From contig JACRGC010000009.1 in the NCBI GenBank assembly GCA_016212475.1, positions 226,556-290,555 on the forward strand: a stretch of 64,000 bases of DNA. Direction: 5' to 3'. Below the pieces are notes generated by a model, which was not told where the DNA came from, did no database searches, and saw nothing but the letters and a program-made list of their open reading frames with translations. The DNA comes from Candidatus Micrarchaeota archaeon (GTDB taxonomy: Archaea; Micrarchaeota; Micrarchaeia; Norongarragalinales; SBBD01). Numbering within the stretch: position 1 is the first letter of the stretch; every line of letters begins with the position of its first letter. Positions 47,429-56,499 of the stretch are shown here, in pieces. The position numbers and the translations under genes were made by a program.

Positions 47429-47728
47429 TTATTTTTTACTCAAATCAAGAAATTCTTTACCTAGAATAGGAACTAGGGCAAAATTAAGCATAAAGATTCC
47501 GACGACAATTAGTAAGACCCCCGTTAATTTTATGTTCCATCCAGGCATCTGAAGTTTTGAAATAATTGGATCTTTACCTAATAGAACTAATATCCCCCAA
47601 ATACAAAATCCGAATCCAAATATTGCATATAGCATTGCAGGTAATTTATTTGAATAGGATGTACTAGAAAATAAAAAAAAGAAAAGTAAACTTAATACGA
47701 ACGTAATTGTAGCAAACTTATTGTCCAT
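47429..47728 (-). CDS. Small membrane protein (3 TM)
   Basis: 99 aa hydrophobic ORF. Confidence 0.35.
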   Translation of the reverse strand: MDNKFATITFVLSLLFFFLFSSTSYSNKLPAMLYAIFGFGFCIWGILVLLGKDPIISKLQMPGWNIKLTGVLLIVVGIFMLNFALVPILGKEFLDLSKK

Positions 47729-47848
47729 GTATCTGATGATCTTTTACGATCTATTTATTTCTTTCGGTTTTTCTGTTTGTTCCTTCTTCCTAGTTCCAGA
47801 TCCCCAAATCAACATATTTTTATAGCTCCCCGCAATACTTGCTATCAT

Positions 47849-49687
47849 ATGGACGCCATTCCCCCCCGCCCCAAATCATCAAAGCTTCATGGATCTGAAT
47901 TTGTCTCAAAAGAGCATGCACCCCTTTTTCGGACTAAAATAACCCAGCTTTGCGAAAACTTGGAAGGCAAGAAAAACCGCGAGGAAAATTTTGAATCGCT
48001 TGCAAAAGAACTATCCATTTCAACAAATGAAATTGAACGGCTTGGGAAAATCCTCCAAGAGCAGGGAATTTTGGAGCTAAACTATCCAGTCAACATACTC
48101 TCCCGCCCCTCTGTTAGGCTGATTCAAAAGCTAGAGCAGCCGCATTCCGAAAAAATCGGCGGAGAAAAACTCCTCCTCTCATATCCACTATCTGCCCATA
48201 ATGTCCCAGCTTCAGTTGAAATTTGGCAAATGCATGATTCGAGCCGCCCAATTTACGCCCTTCATCACCCTCTTGTTTGCATCTACACAGAAAAATTCCT
48301 AAATTTCCTTCGGGATACGCTTGCAAAATCCCTTCCGGTTGAAACCGACGAAATTGTTGATAAGGGAAAATTTGCAAAACTAATGGATAGGTTTTACGCA
48401 GCCTCGCTTGAACTAATTGATAAGGAGCTTCCTTCAATTCCAGAGCACGAAAAGAAAGCGCTTGCCGGGATCATGCTCCATAGGATGTATGGCCTTGGAG
48501 ACATCGAACTTTTGATGGCTGATGATAATTTGGAGGAAATTTCCATAAACGGCTCGAATTCCCCCCTTGGGGTTTACCATCGAACATACGGCTGGCTCAA
48601 AACAAATTTGCATATGCGAAGCGAGGAGGAAGTTTACAATTACGCGGCCCAAATCGGAAGGAAATCGGGCAGGGAAATTTCCATGCTCTCCCCAATTCTT
48701 GATGCCGCCCTTGTTTCCGGTGATCGTGTCTCTGCAACCCTCTTTCCAATCTCATCAAATGGCAACACAATTACTATTAGAAGATTTGCAAGGAACCCTT
48801 GGACAATTTCTGGAATAGTTTCTGAAAAATCGCATACCATGTCAACAGAAATGGCGTCTTTCCTCTGGCTAGCAACGCAATACGAAATGAATATTTTAGT
48901 TGCAGGTGGAACTGCCTCTGGAAAAACCTCAACTCTTAACACCCTAGCGGCGCTAATCCCTCCCTCGCAGCGCATTGTTTCAATTGAAGATACTCGTGAA
49001 ATTACACTTCCATCCTATCTCCACTGGAACTGGGTTCCGCTTCTAACAAGAGGCGAAAATCCCGAAGGAAAGGGAAGGATTTCCATGCTTGATTTGATGG
49101 TTGAAAGTCTTAGGATGCGCCCCGACAGAGTAATTGTTGGAGAAGTTCGCCGCAAGCGCGAAGCTGAAGTGATGTTTGAAGCAATGCACACGGGGCACGC
49201 CGTCTATTCGACAATTCATGCCGATTCCGCTTCCCAAGTTGTCCGAAGATTGCTTGAGCCCCCAATTGAAATTCCGCGGCTTGAACTTGAATCCCTCCAG
49301 CTAATCGTTGTGCAGTACCGCGACCGAAGAAAAGGCCTTCGAAGAACCTATGAAATTTCAGAAATCACGCAAGGATCATCCGAATCTTCCGGCTTAAATC
49401 TCAACACGCTTTTCAAATGGCGTCCGAGGACCGATGCATTTGAAAAAGTCAACGAAAGCTCGCGTGTTTTTGCCGAGCTTAATTTGCACTCCGGAATGAC
49501 AATTTCCGAAATCCAAGAAGATCTTTTGCAAAAGCAAAAAATACTCGAATGGATGATTTCAAGGAATGTTTTTTCATCCGATGATGTTGGATCCATAATG
49601 GGCGCTTATTACAAGAATCCGCAAGAAATTTTCGAAGCTGCCAAAAAAAATTCAAACCCCGCAGATGTTGTTGCATTCAAGGTGTGA
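47849..49687 (+). CDS. Type IV pilus/archaellum assembly ATPase (PilB/GspE/ArlI-FlaI family)
   Basis: Walker A VAGGTASGKTSTLNTLA, Asp box IVSIEDTREI, Walker B RPDRVIVGEVR, His box; N-terminal extension; ORF track start 47777, ATG at 47849 preferred. Confidence 0.85.
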   Translation: MDAIPPRPKSSKLHGSEFVSKEHAPLFRTKITQLCENLEGKKNREENFESLAKELSISTNEIERLGKILQEQGILELNYPVNILSRPSVRLIQKLEQPHSEKIGGEKLLLSYPLSAHNVPASVEIWQMHDSSRPIYALHHPLVCIYTEKFLNFLRDTLAKSLPVETDEIVDKGKFAKLMDRFYAASLELIDKELPSIPEHEKKALAGIMLHRMYGLGDIELLMADDNLEEISINGSNSPLGVYHRTYGWLKTNLHMRSEEEVYNYAAQIGRKSGREISMLSPILDAALVSGDRVSATLFPISSNGNTITIRRFARNPWTISGIVSEKSHTMSTEMASFLWLATQYEMNILVAGGTASGKTSTLNTLAALIPPSQRIVSIEDTREITLPSYLHWNWVPLLTRGENPEGKGRISMLDLMVESLRMRPDRVIVGEVRRKREAEVMFEAMHTGHAVYSTIHADSASQVVRRLLEPPIEIPRLELESLQLIVVQYRDRRKGLRRTYEISEITQGSSESSGLNLNTLFKWRPRTDAFEKVNESSRVFAELNLHSGMTISEIQEDLLQKQKILEWMISRNVFSSDDVGSIMGAYYKNPQEIFEAAKKNSNPADVVAFKV

Positions 49688-49689
49688 AA

Positions 49690-50616
49690 ATGAACCTCTT
49701 CCTCTTCCGCTATGGAGGCATACTCAATGGAAAACTTAGGCGCTTTGTTGGCCTTGGATCAAAAATTGGGAACATGATCCCGGGTTTAAAATTTGACCTC
49801 CAAGAAGCCGGCTATGTCGCTTCAGTTGGCGAATACACCGCAGCAGCCCTTGCAAATTCCTTCTTTTACTCCCTAACTTTGTTCCTAATCCTCTCCTTTG
49901 CCTTGCTAATCCGCGCCACTTCTTCCAACGCCTTTCCAGTTGATGTTTCAAACGAATCAATTGTTTCCCTATTTCTTACTTTAAAACTGGCCTTTGCTTC
50001 CGCATTTGCCTTCTTTTTCATGTTCTTCTTTTTCTTTCTTTTCTATCCAAAAGTTGAAGCTAGGAAAATTGCCGAAAATGTCGACCGCGATTTAATTTAC
50101 GCACTTAAAGATATGCAGCTTCAAATTTCCTCCGGAGTTTCACTCTATGACGCCCTTGCAAATGTTTCCAAATCCGATTACGGCAGGGTTTCACGCGAAT
50201 TTGAAATTGCAGTCAAGGACATTTCAGCCGGAGGCGCTGAGGATAAGGCTCTTGAAAAAATTGCAGAGCGGACCGAATCCGAATTCATGCGAAAGACAAT
50301 TTGGCAAATGCTAACTTCCCTTCGGGCAGGGACTCCAGTTGATGGCGCTCTCAAAAACACAATTGCTTCCCTAAACAACCACCAAAGGCAGCAAATAAAG
50401 GAATTTTCCTCGGAATTGAATGTTTTAAGTTTGCTTTACATGCTCTTTGCAGTGGCAATTCCGGGCCTTGGCTCAACTCTTCTGATTGTGCTCTCATCAT
50501 TTGGCGGAATAAAAGTCAACGAGCTGTTCTATGTTGCAATAATTTCCTCCTGCTTTTTTGTAGAAGCGATAATAATTGGCTTCATCAGAAGCAGGCGGCC
50601 GGCGGTGCATGCATAA
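49690..50616 (+). CDS. T2SSF-domain membrane protein (N-terminal half of TadC/ArlJ-like platform protein)
   Basis: One GspF/T2SSF domain (DLIYALKDMQLQISSGVSLYDALANVS...ALKNTIASL) flanked by TM helices; ends with TAA directly followed by in-frame ATG of next gene. Confidence 0.7.
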   Translation: MNLFLFRYGGILNGKLRRFVGLGSKIGNMIPGLKFDLQEAGYVASVGEYTAAALANSFFYSLTLFLILSFALLIRATSSNAFPVDVSNESIVSLFLTLKLAFASAFAFFFMFFFFFLFYPKVEARKIAENVDRDLIYALKDMQLQISSGVSLYDALANVSKSDYGRVSREFEIAVKDISAGGAEDKALEKIAERTESEFMRKTIWQMLTSLRAGTPVDGALKNTIASLNNHQRQQIKEFSSELNVLSLLYMLFAVAIPGLGSTLLIVLSSFGGIKVNELFYVAIISSCFFVEAIIIGFIRSRRPAVHA

Positions 50617-51876
50617 ATGGCTAAAAATCAAAATAAAAAATCCAGAAGGAAAAAAGCGAATGCAGCTGCTGCTTCCCAAAACGTAAATCAACAAATCATC
50701 CAAACAATTGCAACAAAAAAAACTGAAGCTCAAAAAACCAATCCTGCAATTGGCCCAAAGGATGGCTCCAAAATCGCATCCCCAATTACTCTTAATACTT
50801 CTGCTTTTTCAACTGTAAAATCGCCAATCCGCCAGCCAAGCATCAAGGCATATGTCCCTGCGCAAGTTCAAGGCAAAGGATTCATGCCCGGCATCTATTT
50901 CTTCCTCTCAAAATTTGCAACGCGCTCGCAAAAACAATCCCTTCGGGAAAAAATGCTTTTGGCAGGGATCGATTCTGAAGCAGAGCTTTGGCTTGGCGAG
51001 GTTTTGCTTCTCTCAAAGCTTTGCGCATTTGCTACATTCATGCTATTCTGGGTGATTTTCAAGGAAGCCCTGATTTTCAAGCTTTTACTATTTGCATTCA
51101 TTGCATTTGGCTTGGTGCTATTTACTGCTGTAATTCATTTAAACATCCGGATTGAAGATAGGAAAAACCGCCTTGAAGCCATACTTCCGGATGCAATGCA
51201 GGTTATTTCTGCAAACATCAGGTCCGGAATGTCACCGGTTGTTGCTCTTCGAGCGTCTGCTCGCCCGGAATTTGGCCCATTGCAAGAAGACATTAAATAC
51301 GCAACAACAAAATCCCTAGGCACCGGCTCTTTTTCAGATGCGCTAAATGAAATGGGTAAAAAAACCTCATCCGAACTATTTCAGCGAATAGTTGCACTAT
51401 TTTCTGCCTCCCTAAGGTCCGGAGGCAAATTAGCATCCCTCCTTGAAAATACCGCAAATGATATCCGAGACACCCAAGAACTAAAACGCGAACTTGTTTC
51501 AAACACGAGGCTTTACGCTATTTTCATCATCTTCACGGTTGTAATTGGAACCCCCCTCCTTTTGGCAGTTTCAATCCAATTCGGGAGCATGGTAAACAAT
51601 TTGCAGGCAAAAACCTCTTCCGGAAGCATTGCTTCTGATTTCACAACAATTCCATTGATCAGCTCTCCTTTGAAGCAGGATTTCCTTGAGCACTCCGCCT
51701 TTGTGATTTTATTGATAACTACTTTCCTAGCTTCCGCCCTTCTAGGTGTCATGAATAACGGCTCCTACGCATCCGGACTTAAGTATTTTCCGGCTCTTTC
51801 AATTGCCGCAGTTTTGTTTTTCATCTTTATGAAGGATTTTGCCCTAAAAGCGATCCTTCCAATTGCTGGAATTTGA
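50617..51876 (+). CDS. T2SSF-domain membrane protein (C-terminal half of TadC/ArlJ-like platform protein)
   Basis: Second T2SSF domain (LPDAMQVISANIRSGMSPVVALRAS...LLENTANDIRDT) with TM helices; Lys/Ala/Gln-rich low-complexity N-terminus. Confidence 0.7.
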   Translation: MAKNQNKKSRRKKANAAAASQNVNQQIIQTIATKKTEAQKTNPAIGPKDGSKIASPITLNTSAFSTVKSPIRQPSIKAYVPAQVQGKGFMPGIYFFLSKFATRSQKQSLREKMLLAGIDSEAELWLGEVLLLSKLCAFATFMLFWVIFKEALIFKLLLFAFIAFGLVLFTAVIHLNIRIEDRKNRLEAILPDAMQVISANIRSGMSPVVALRASARPEFGPLQEDIKYATTKSLGTGSFSDALNEMGKKTSSELFQRIVALFSASLRSGGKLASLLENTANDIRDTQELKRELVSNTRLYAIFIIFTVVIGTPLLLAVSIQFGSMVNNLQAKTSSGSIASDFTTIPLISSPLKQDFLEHSAFVILLITTFLASALLGVMNNGSYASGLKYFPALSIAAVLFFIFMKDFALKAILPIAGI

Positions 51877-51956
51877 TTATTGCCGCGTTTTCAATCAAGC
51901 TCAAAGGCAGTTTTTATCGCAATCCATGCCTTTTAAGGAAAGCGCAGTCATTTCCG

Positions 51957-52661
51957 TTAGCTTGTTGGGCAAGCTCCTTGCGTATAATATGCGACATTCT
52001 CATCCTTGCAGGCATTGCATGAATTGCCATACGTCTGCGCGCAGGGGTATTTTATGCACTGAATATTTGCAGGATCGTTCCAGCCGCATACCGGCGCATA
52101 TTCTTCTGTGCAAAATTCCGCTTTCCTTTGTTCTGGACTACAGTCAAATGCCTTAAGCTTCCCAATTGCGGAAGGAACCGGTTCAGGCTCCTCAAATGTG
52201 AACTCGCATCCGCATGAATTCTCATCGGAATAAGGAATATAGTTTTTCACGCACATATACCTAATCCTTGAGCACTCATCGGCACTTTTCCCGATTATTT
52301 TTTTTGGTTCAATTGCCCTGCACCCGCATCCAGTGCCATCAGAAAATGGCGCTGAGCCTTCAATGCATTGGAATAGCATGGTTTTGCATTCTTCAGGCGA
52401 TGTGCTTACATATCTGGTGTATGGGTCGGTTGTTCCAATTCCTCCATCCGGCTCAACGGGTATTGGGCGTTCATTGCTGCATGCATAGAATTCGCAGCTG
52501 TTATTTGGATCTCGCCCAACCGATGTGCCGTTTGGGCAAATTTTTGCATCCTCTGTACAAACAATTTGCTTTCCCTTGTCATTGACATTGTTTGAAATGC
52601 ATCCGGCAGCTATGGCCAATATCAGCACCAAAAATACAGAAAAGATTTTCATAGATCTCAC
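51957..52661 (-). CDS. Cys-rich lipoprotein with C-terminal Kazal-like motif
   Basis: Lipobox-like LAIAAGC after signal peptide; repeated C..C...P(F/Y)SD..(C)GC modules; C-terminal FCTEEYAPVCGWND...TYGNSCNACKDENVAYYTQGAC resembles Kazal protease-inhibitor signature (PVCG.D..TY.N.C..C). Confidence 0.5.
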   Translation of the reverse strand: MRSMKIFSVFLVLILAIAAGCISNNVNDKGKQIVCTEDAKICPNGTSVGRDPNNSCEFYACSNERPIPVEPDGGIGTTDPYTRYVSTSPEECKTMLFQCIEGSAPFSDGTGCGCRAIEPKKIIGKSADECSRIRYMCVKNYIPYSDENSCGCEFTFEEPEPVPSAIGKLKAFDCSPEQRKAEFCTEEYAPVCGWNDPANIQCIKYPCAQTYGNSCNACKDENVAYYTQGACPTS

Positions 52662-52845
52662 CTTTTTATCTCATTTATTTGAGGTATTTCGCATTTAACC
52701 CAAATTCACATTAAGTATAATGAGTTGGCTAATAAATTATTTCTTTTTTTATGAAGCCACTGCTTAACTATCCTGATTCGCCGTTTTCGATACCTTTAAA
52801 TATCGCTAAAAACTTAAAGCAATCAATATTCGAGAAGGTGGTTTG

Positions 52846-53298
52846 ATGAAATTAAGAGCGCAAGCAGCAGTAGAATATCTTATGATTTTGGCGGTAGTAA
52901 TCATTATCGCACTCGTAGTAGTTGGAGTCCTTGGGGGCTTCCCATCATTAACGGCTGGGATTTCCGAAAAGGAATCGGCGGCATACTGGACAACAGCTGA
53001 TGTAGGGATTGTTAGAACTTACGTATCGGGAGCTGCTGTACAAATGGTTCTTAGGAATAACAAGAACTTTGCAATAGAAGTTACTGGGGTGGATGTTGGT
53101 ACTGGTACCATCGCATCGATTTCAAAAACCTTGCAGCCAGGAGAAACAACAACCTTGACGCCCGTGTTTACTTTGACCACAGCATGCGTGGCAGGTGCTT
53201 CGTTTTCCTATAATACGGTTGTAACTTACAAGGATTCGACGTATAGTACTGCTTACACCTTTACCGGTGCCAAGCCACTTGTTGGAGTTTGCCAATAA
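52846..53298 (+). CDS. Archaeal type IV pilin (DUF361-type N-terminus), major pilin candidate
   Basis: MKLRAQAAVEYLMILAVVIIIALVVVGVL: class III signal, R-A|Q cleavage, E at +5; SD GGTG 5 nt upstream of ATG 52846 (ORF track start is TTG 52843); Thr/Ser/Gly-rich beta C-domain with C-terminal Cys pair. Confidence 0.7.
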   Translation: MKLRAQAAVEYLMILAVVIIIALVVVGVLGGFPSLTAGISEKESAAYWTTADVGIVRTYVSGAAVQMVLRNNKNFAIEVTGVDVGTGTIASISKTLQPGETTTLTPVFTLTTACVAGASFSYNTVVTYKDSTYSTAYTFTGAKPLVGVCQ

Positions 53299-53382
53299 GT
53301 CCTTTTTTCTTTTTTTATTTTCTTTCTTTCCCTTCTAATTGTTTATATTCCTATTTCCCCTAACTGTTTCTTAGTTGATCAT

Positions 53383-53541
53383 ATGTCTTCAAAGCAGGGA
53401 AACTCCGAAATTGAAAAAAAGCTTGCATCAATTGAAACGCAGGTATTGGATACCCGCTCTGCAGTTTACTTCATATTAATCATGGTTGGCGTTTTGCTGG
53501 CACTTGTTTTTGGAGCAGTCCTTCGCATCTTTTTTGGTTGA
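53383..53541 (+). CDS. Small membrane protein (52 aa), below ORF-track cutoff
   Basis: Manual translation MSSKQGNSEIEKKLASIETQVLDTRSAVYFILIMVGVLLALVFGAVLRIFFG*, stop 5 nt before tpiA start. Confidence 0.25.
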   Translation: MSSKQGNSEIEKKLASIETQVLDTRSAVYFILIMVGVLLALVFGAVLRIFFG

Positions 53542-53545
53542 TTTT

Positions 53546-54226
53546 ATGAAAACTCCGGTAATTGCACTCAATTTCAAGGTTTATGAAGAATCCGCAGCAA
53601 AGGATGGGCTGAATCTTTGCGAAATAGCCTATAAGCTCTCAAACAAGCACAAGAAAAATATAATCGTTTCTCCCCAATTTGCAGATCTTTCACTAGTTTG
53701 CAGGCAATTCCCATCCAACCCTTATTTTCAGATTTATTCACAGCATTTTGATAGCAATCTGCAAGGCGCATTTACAGGAAGTGTCCCTGCAGAATCCCTA
53801 AAAGCAACCGGTTGCGATGGATCGCTTCTTAATCATTCTGAAAAGAAAATCAATGTTGCAGAACTAATCAACCTCGTTCACAGGGCCCGCCAACTCAAAT
53901 TCGATCTAATTGTTTGCGCAGATGACATTCACGAAGCTCAGTCAATTGCTAGGCTCCATCCCCCCTGCATTGCAGTTGAGCCTCCCGACCTGATTGGCAG
54001 TGGAATTTCAGTTAGCTCCGCACGCCCGGAAATCGTATCCGAATCCGTAAAAGAAATCAAGAAAATCGATCCTAAAATCAAGGTTCTGGTTGGCGCCGGT
54101 GTTTCAACTGCCGCCGATGTCAAAAAATCCATTGAATTAGGCGCAGATGGAGTTTTGCTTGCATCCGCATTCGTAAAAGCCAAGGATCCGGCTAAATTGC
54201 TGGAGGAGATGCTGCTGGAGCTTTAA
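53546..54226 (+). CDS. tpiA: Triosephosphate isomerase (archaeal type)
   Basis: MKTPVIALNFKVYEES..., NHSE catalytic region (LLNHSEKKI), C-terminal VLVGAGVSTAADVKKSIELGADGVLLASAFVKAKDP; ORF track start lies 60 nt upstream. Confidence 0.85.
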   Translation: MKTPVIALNFKVYEESAAKDGLNLCEIAYKLSNKHKKNIIVSPQFADLSLVCRQFPSNPYFQIYSQHFDSNLQGAFTGSVPAESLKATGCDGSLLNHSEKKINVAELINLVHRARQLKFDLIVCADDIHEAQSIARLHPPCIAVEPPDLIGSGISVSSARPEIVSESVKEIKKIDPKIKVLVGAGVSTAADVKKSIELGADGVLLASAFVKAKDPAKLLEEMLLEL

Positions 54227-54271
54227 ATTAAATTAGCTATTATTTTTTTCAGCCAACTCATTTTGTTTCAA

Positions 54272-55330
54272 CTATTTATTTGTCCATCCAACCCCAACAA
54301 TTTCAACCAGTTTTTTCTCCTCATCAATCTCAATTTTGCAATCCGGCAAAAACTGCCTTATCGTGTAGGCATTTGTTTTCAAATGGTTGGAAACCTTTTC
54401 AACCGTATAGGTGGTTTTTCCGTGTGCAAGAGCTGCAAATAGCATAATCTGATCGCCCATGTGGACATCTAGTGCACTGTTTGTCTTATCAAATTCCAAA
54501 AGTTTCAATGCAGCTTCCTTTCCCACTTCTTCAGCTGATTTTTTAATTTCCCCAAGGGCAAAAAAGCCTGCGCATGAGTTCTCATAATTTGTTTTCAAAA
54601 ACAGCATTGTTCCTTTACCAACCGAAGCGGCATTTTTAATTTCAATTTTCTTTTCGCAATCAATTCCAACCAGTGCCTTGAGGGCAGCATCTTTTTGCCT
54701 TCCCGCGATTTGCTGCGGAAGGTTTGATACAATTGAATATCCGGTAATTGAAACTAATTTTCCGCGTGAACTGAGATTTGCGCTCACCAGCTTTTCCGTT
54801 GCTTTAATTTCAACCTCAATTTTCCCTTTTCCAATCGGATAATAGCCGTAATTCTTGATTCCCATTTTTGCCGCATACCCAAATTTTGCCGAAATTGGAA
54901 GCAAAATCTCATTCAAATACTCAAAGCAAGGCGACCAATTGACGTGCGTTCCTCCCCGTAAGATCACTTGTGAATCCTTTCCGGAAAATGCAAGCGGAAG
55001 GCAGATTGTTTGGAAAATCAAACTTACCGAGCCAGCTGACTCTTTTACCTCTGAAACATCAAAAACATACTTTCCGCCTTGAATTGATTTTGGGGAAAAA
55101 CTTAAATTTAGAGAGTGCAATTGCGCTCCTTCAACATTAGCTGAGCAAATTTTTTCCATTGCGCGAACAGCTGTTAAATGCTGCGGAGCCAATCCTGGGG
55201 TTTTCCTTCCCGCCCGGATATTTTCAATTTCCAATGCTTTTCCGGTGATAGCTGAAAGTGCTAGGCTGGTTCTTAGAATTTGCCCGCCTCCTTCCAAATA
55301 GTTGCCGTCGATTTTGATGGTTTTTTCCAA
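54272..55330 (-). CDS. rtcA: RNA 3'-terminal phosphate cyclase
   Basis: IDGNYLEGGGQILRTSLALSAITGKALEIENIRAGRKTPGLAPQHL matches RtcA N-terminal signature incl. His for adenylylation region. Confidence 0.85.
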   Translation of the reverse strand: MEKTIKIDGNYLEGGGQILRTSLALSAITGKALEIENIRAGRKTPGLAPQHLTAVRAMEKICSANVEGAQLHSLNLSFSPKSIQGGKYVFDVSEVKESAGSVSLIFQTICLPLAFSGKDSQVILRGGTHVNWSPCFEYLNEILLPISAKFGYAAKMGIKNYGYYPIGKGKIEVEIKATEKLVSANLSSRGKLVSITGYSIVSNLPQQIAGRQKDAALKALVGIDCEKKIEIKNAASVGKGTMLFLKTNYENSCAGFFALGEIKKSAEEVGKEAALKLLEFDKTNSALDVHMGDQIMLFAALAHGKTTYTVEKVSNHLKTNAYTIRQFLPDCKIEIDEEKKLVEIVGVGWTNK

Positions 55331-55954
55331 TTAATTTCTCCTTTTGTTAGCTCCAACGGGAACCGGTAGCGGCCTTGGAATTGGCCTAGGCTTTAATCCC
55401 TTTATTTTTTCCATTGTCTTTTGCAGTTTCAATTTTGCCCAATCCTTTACCTTTTCAGGAGCTAGGGGTGGCTCTACATAAGCTCTCCATCTCCAAACTG
55501 ACCTGCCGATTTTTTTCTGGTATTTATATCTGTAATATTCCTGTCTGCTATTTTTCAAAAACACCAGGTTTCCAGAATTATTGACAAAAAAAGCCGGATG
55601 TGTTTTTGCAATGTTTGTTGGGTTGATCCAGCCTTTAGGGTACTCCTTTTCAAATTCGGGCTTTAGCAAACCAGTCTGTTTTATGTGCTGGATAATTTCG
55701 CTTAAGCTTTCCTTATACCACTTTAATGCAAGTTCCCTCCCCATAATGGCTATACCCGCAGGTGCAAGATATATGGGGTCCTTGGAGGAATATGCTTTTA
55801 ATATAGGGTATGCCGCAAACATTTCTGCTCCCCGCAAAACCCCCCTATCCTCCAATAAATTTATTTTAATTGTTGCAAAAGCATCTGGATTGATGTGGTC
55901 CAATTTTACAACGATTCTGTTGGGTAATTTTTCCTGTTGTTTTTCTTCAGTCAT
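55331..55954 (-). CDS. Hypothetical basic protein (207 aa) co-transcribed with rtcA
   Basis: Stop abuts rtcA start; Pro/Arg/Lys-rich C-terminal tail (KPRPIPRPLPVPVGANKRRN). Confidence 0.4.
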   Translation of the reverse strand: MTEEKQQEKLPNRIVVKLDHINPDAFATIKINLLEDRGVLRGAEMFAAYPILKAYSSKDPIYLAPAGIAIMGRELALKWYKESLSEIIQHIKQTGLLKPEFEKEYPKGWINPTNIAKTHPAFFVNNSGNLVFLKNSRQEYYRYKYQKKIGRSVWRWRAYVEPPLAPEKVKDWAKLKLQKTMEKIKGLKPRPIPRPLPVPVGANKRRN

Positions 55955-55978
55955 TAAAGCACCATTTTTCGAGGTAAT

Positions 55979-56404
55979 TCATTTCAAAGCCCTCAAAATC
56001 GCTTCCGCAATATCCCCGTTGGTTTCATCCAATAGCTCCTTTGCCCTGCTGCTGCTTACTTTTCCTTGCTGTGCAACCATTGCAATATCCTCTTCCGTAA
56101 TGGCTCCGGATTCTGCTTCCGCTTCAGATGGTTCCTCCTCGCTAGATTGCTCTTCTATTGTTTGTTGTTCTTTACTTGGTGATTCATCCAAACTTCCTCC
56201 TCCGGAAGTTTCCCTAAAAGGCCCAGACACCTGAAAACTCTTATCTCCCTGCATATCAATTGCCAAAACATTCGCCGGCTCGACAATAATCCTTTTCCCA
56301 TCGGATTTTTCAATTATTACCCTCTTTGTTTTGATCTCATCATTCTTGATGCCAAATTGCCTCATCATCGAAGCCATTTGCCTAGGATCCATTCTTGGAA
56401 GCAT
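55979..56404 (-). CDS. nac: Nascent polypeptide-associated complex protein (NAC alpha homologue)
   Basis: MLPRMDPRQMASMMRQFGI N-terminus, NAC domain, acidic linker, C-terminal UBA-like (AKELLDETNGDIAEAILRAL); ORF track start 56488 is likely too long. Confidence 0.8.
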   Translation of the reverse strand: MLPRMDPRQMASMMRQFGIKNDEIKTKRVIIEKSDGKRIIVEPANVLAIDMQGDKSFQVSGPFRETSGGGSLDESPSKEQQTIEEQSSEEEPSEAEAESGAITEEDIAMVAQQGKVSSSRAKELLDETNGDIAEAILRALK

Positions 56405-56499
56405 ATTACAAAAGCACCCCCTGTTATTGTTGCTAACTAGATGGAAGAAAGTATTTTTAAGAGCGCCTTTCTTTAGTTTCATGCTCAAGTGAACAAATT

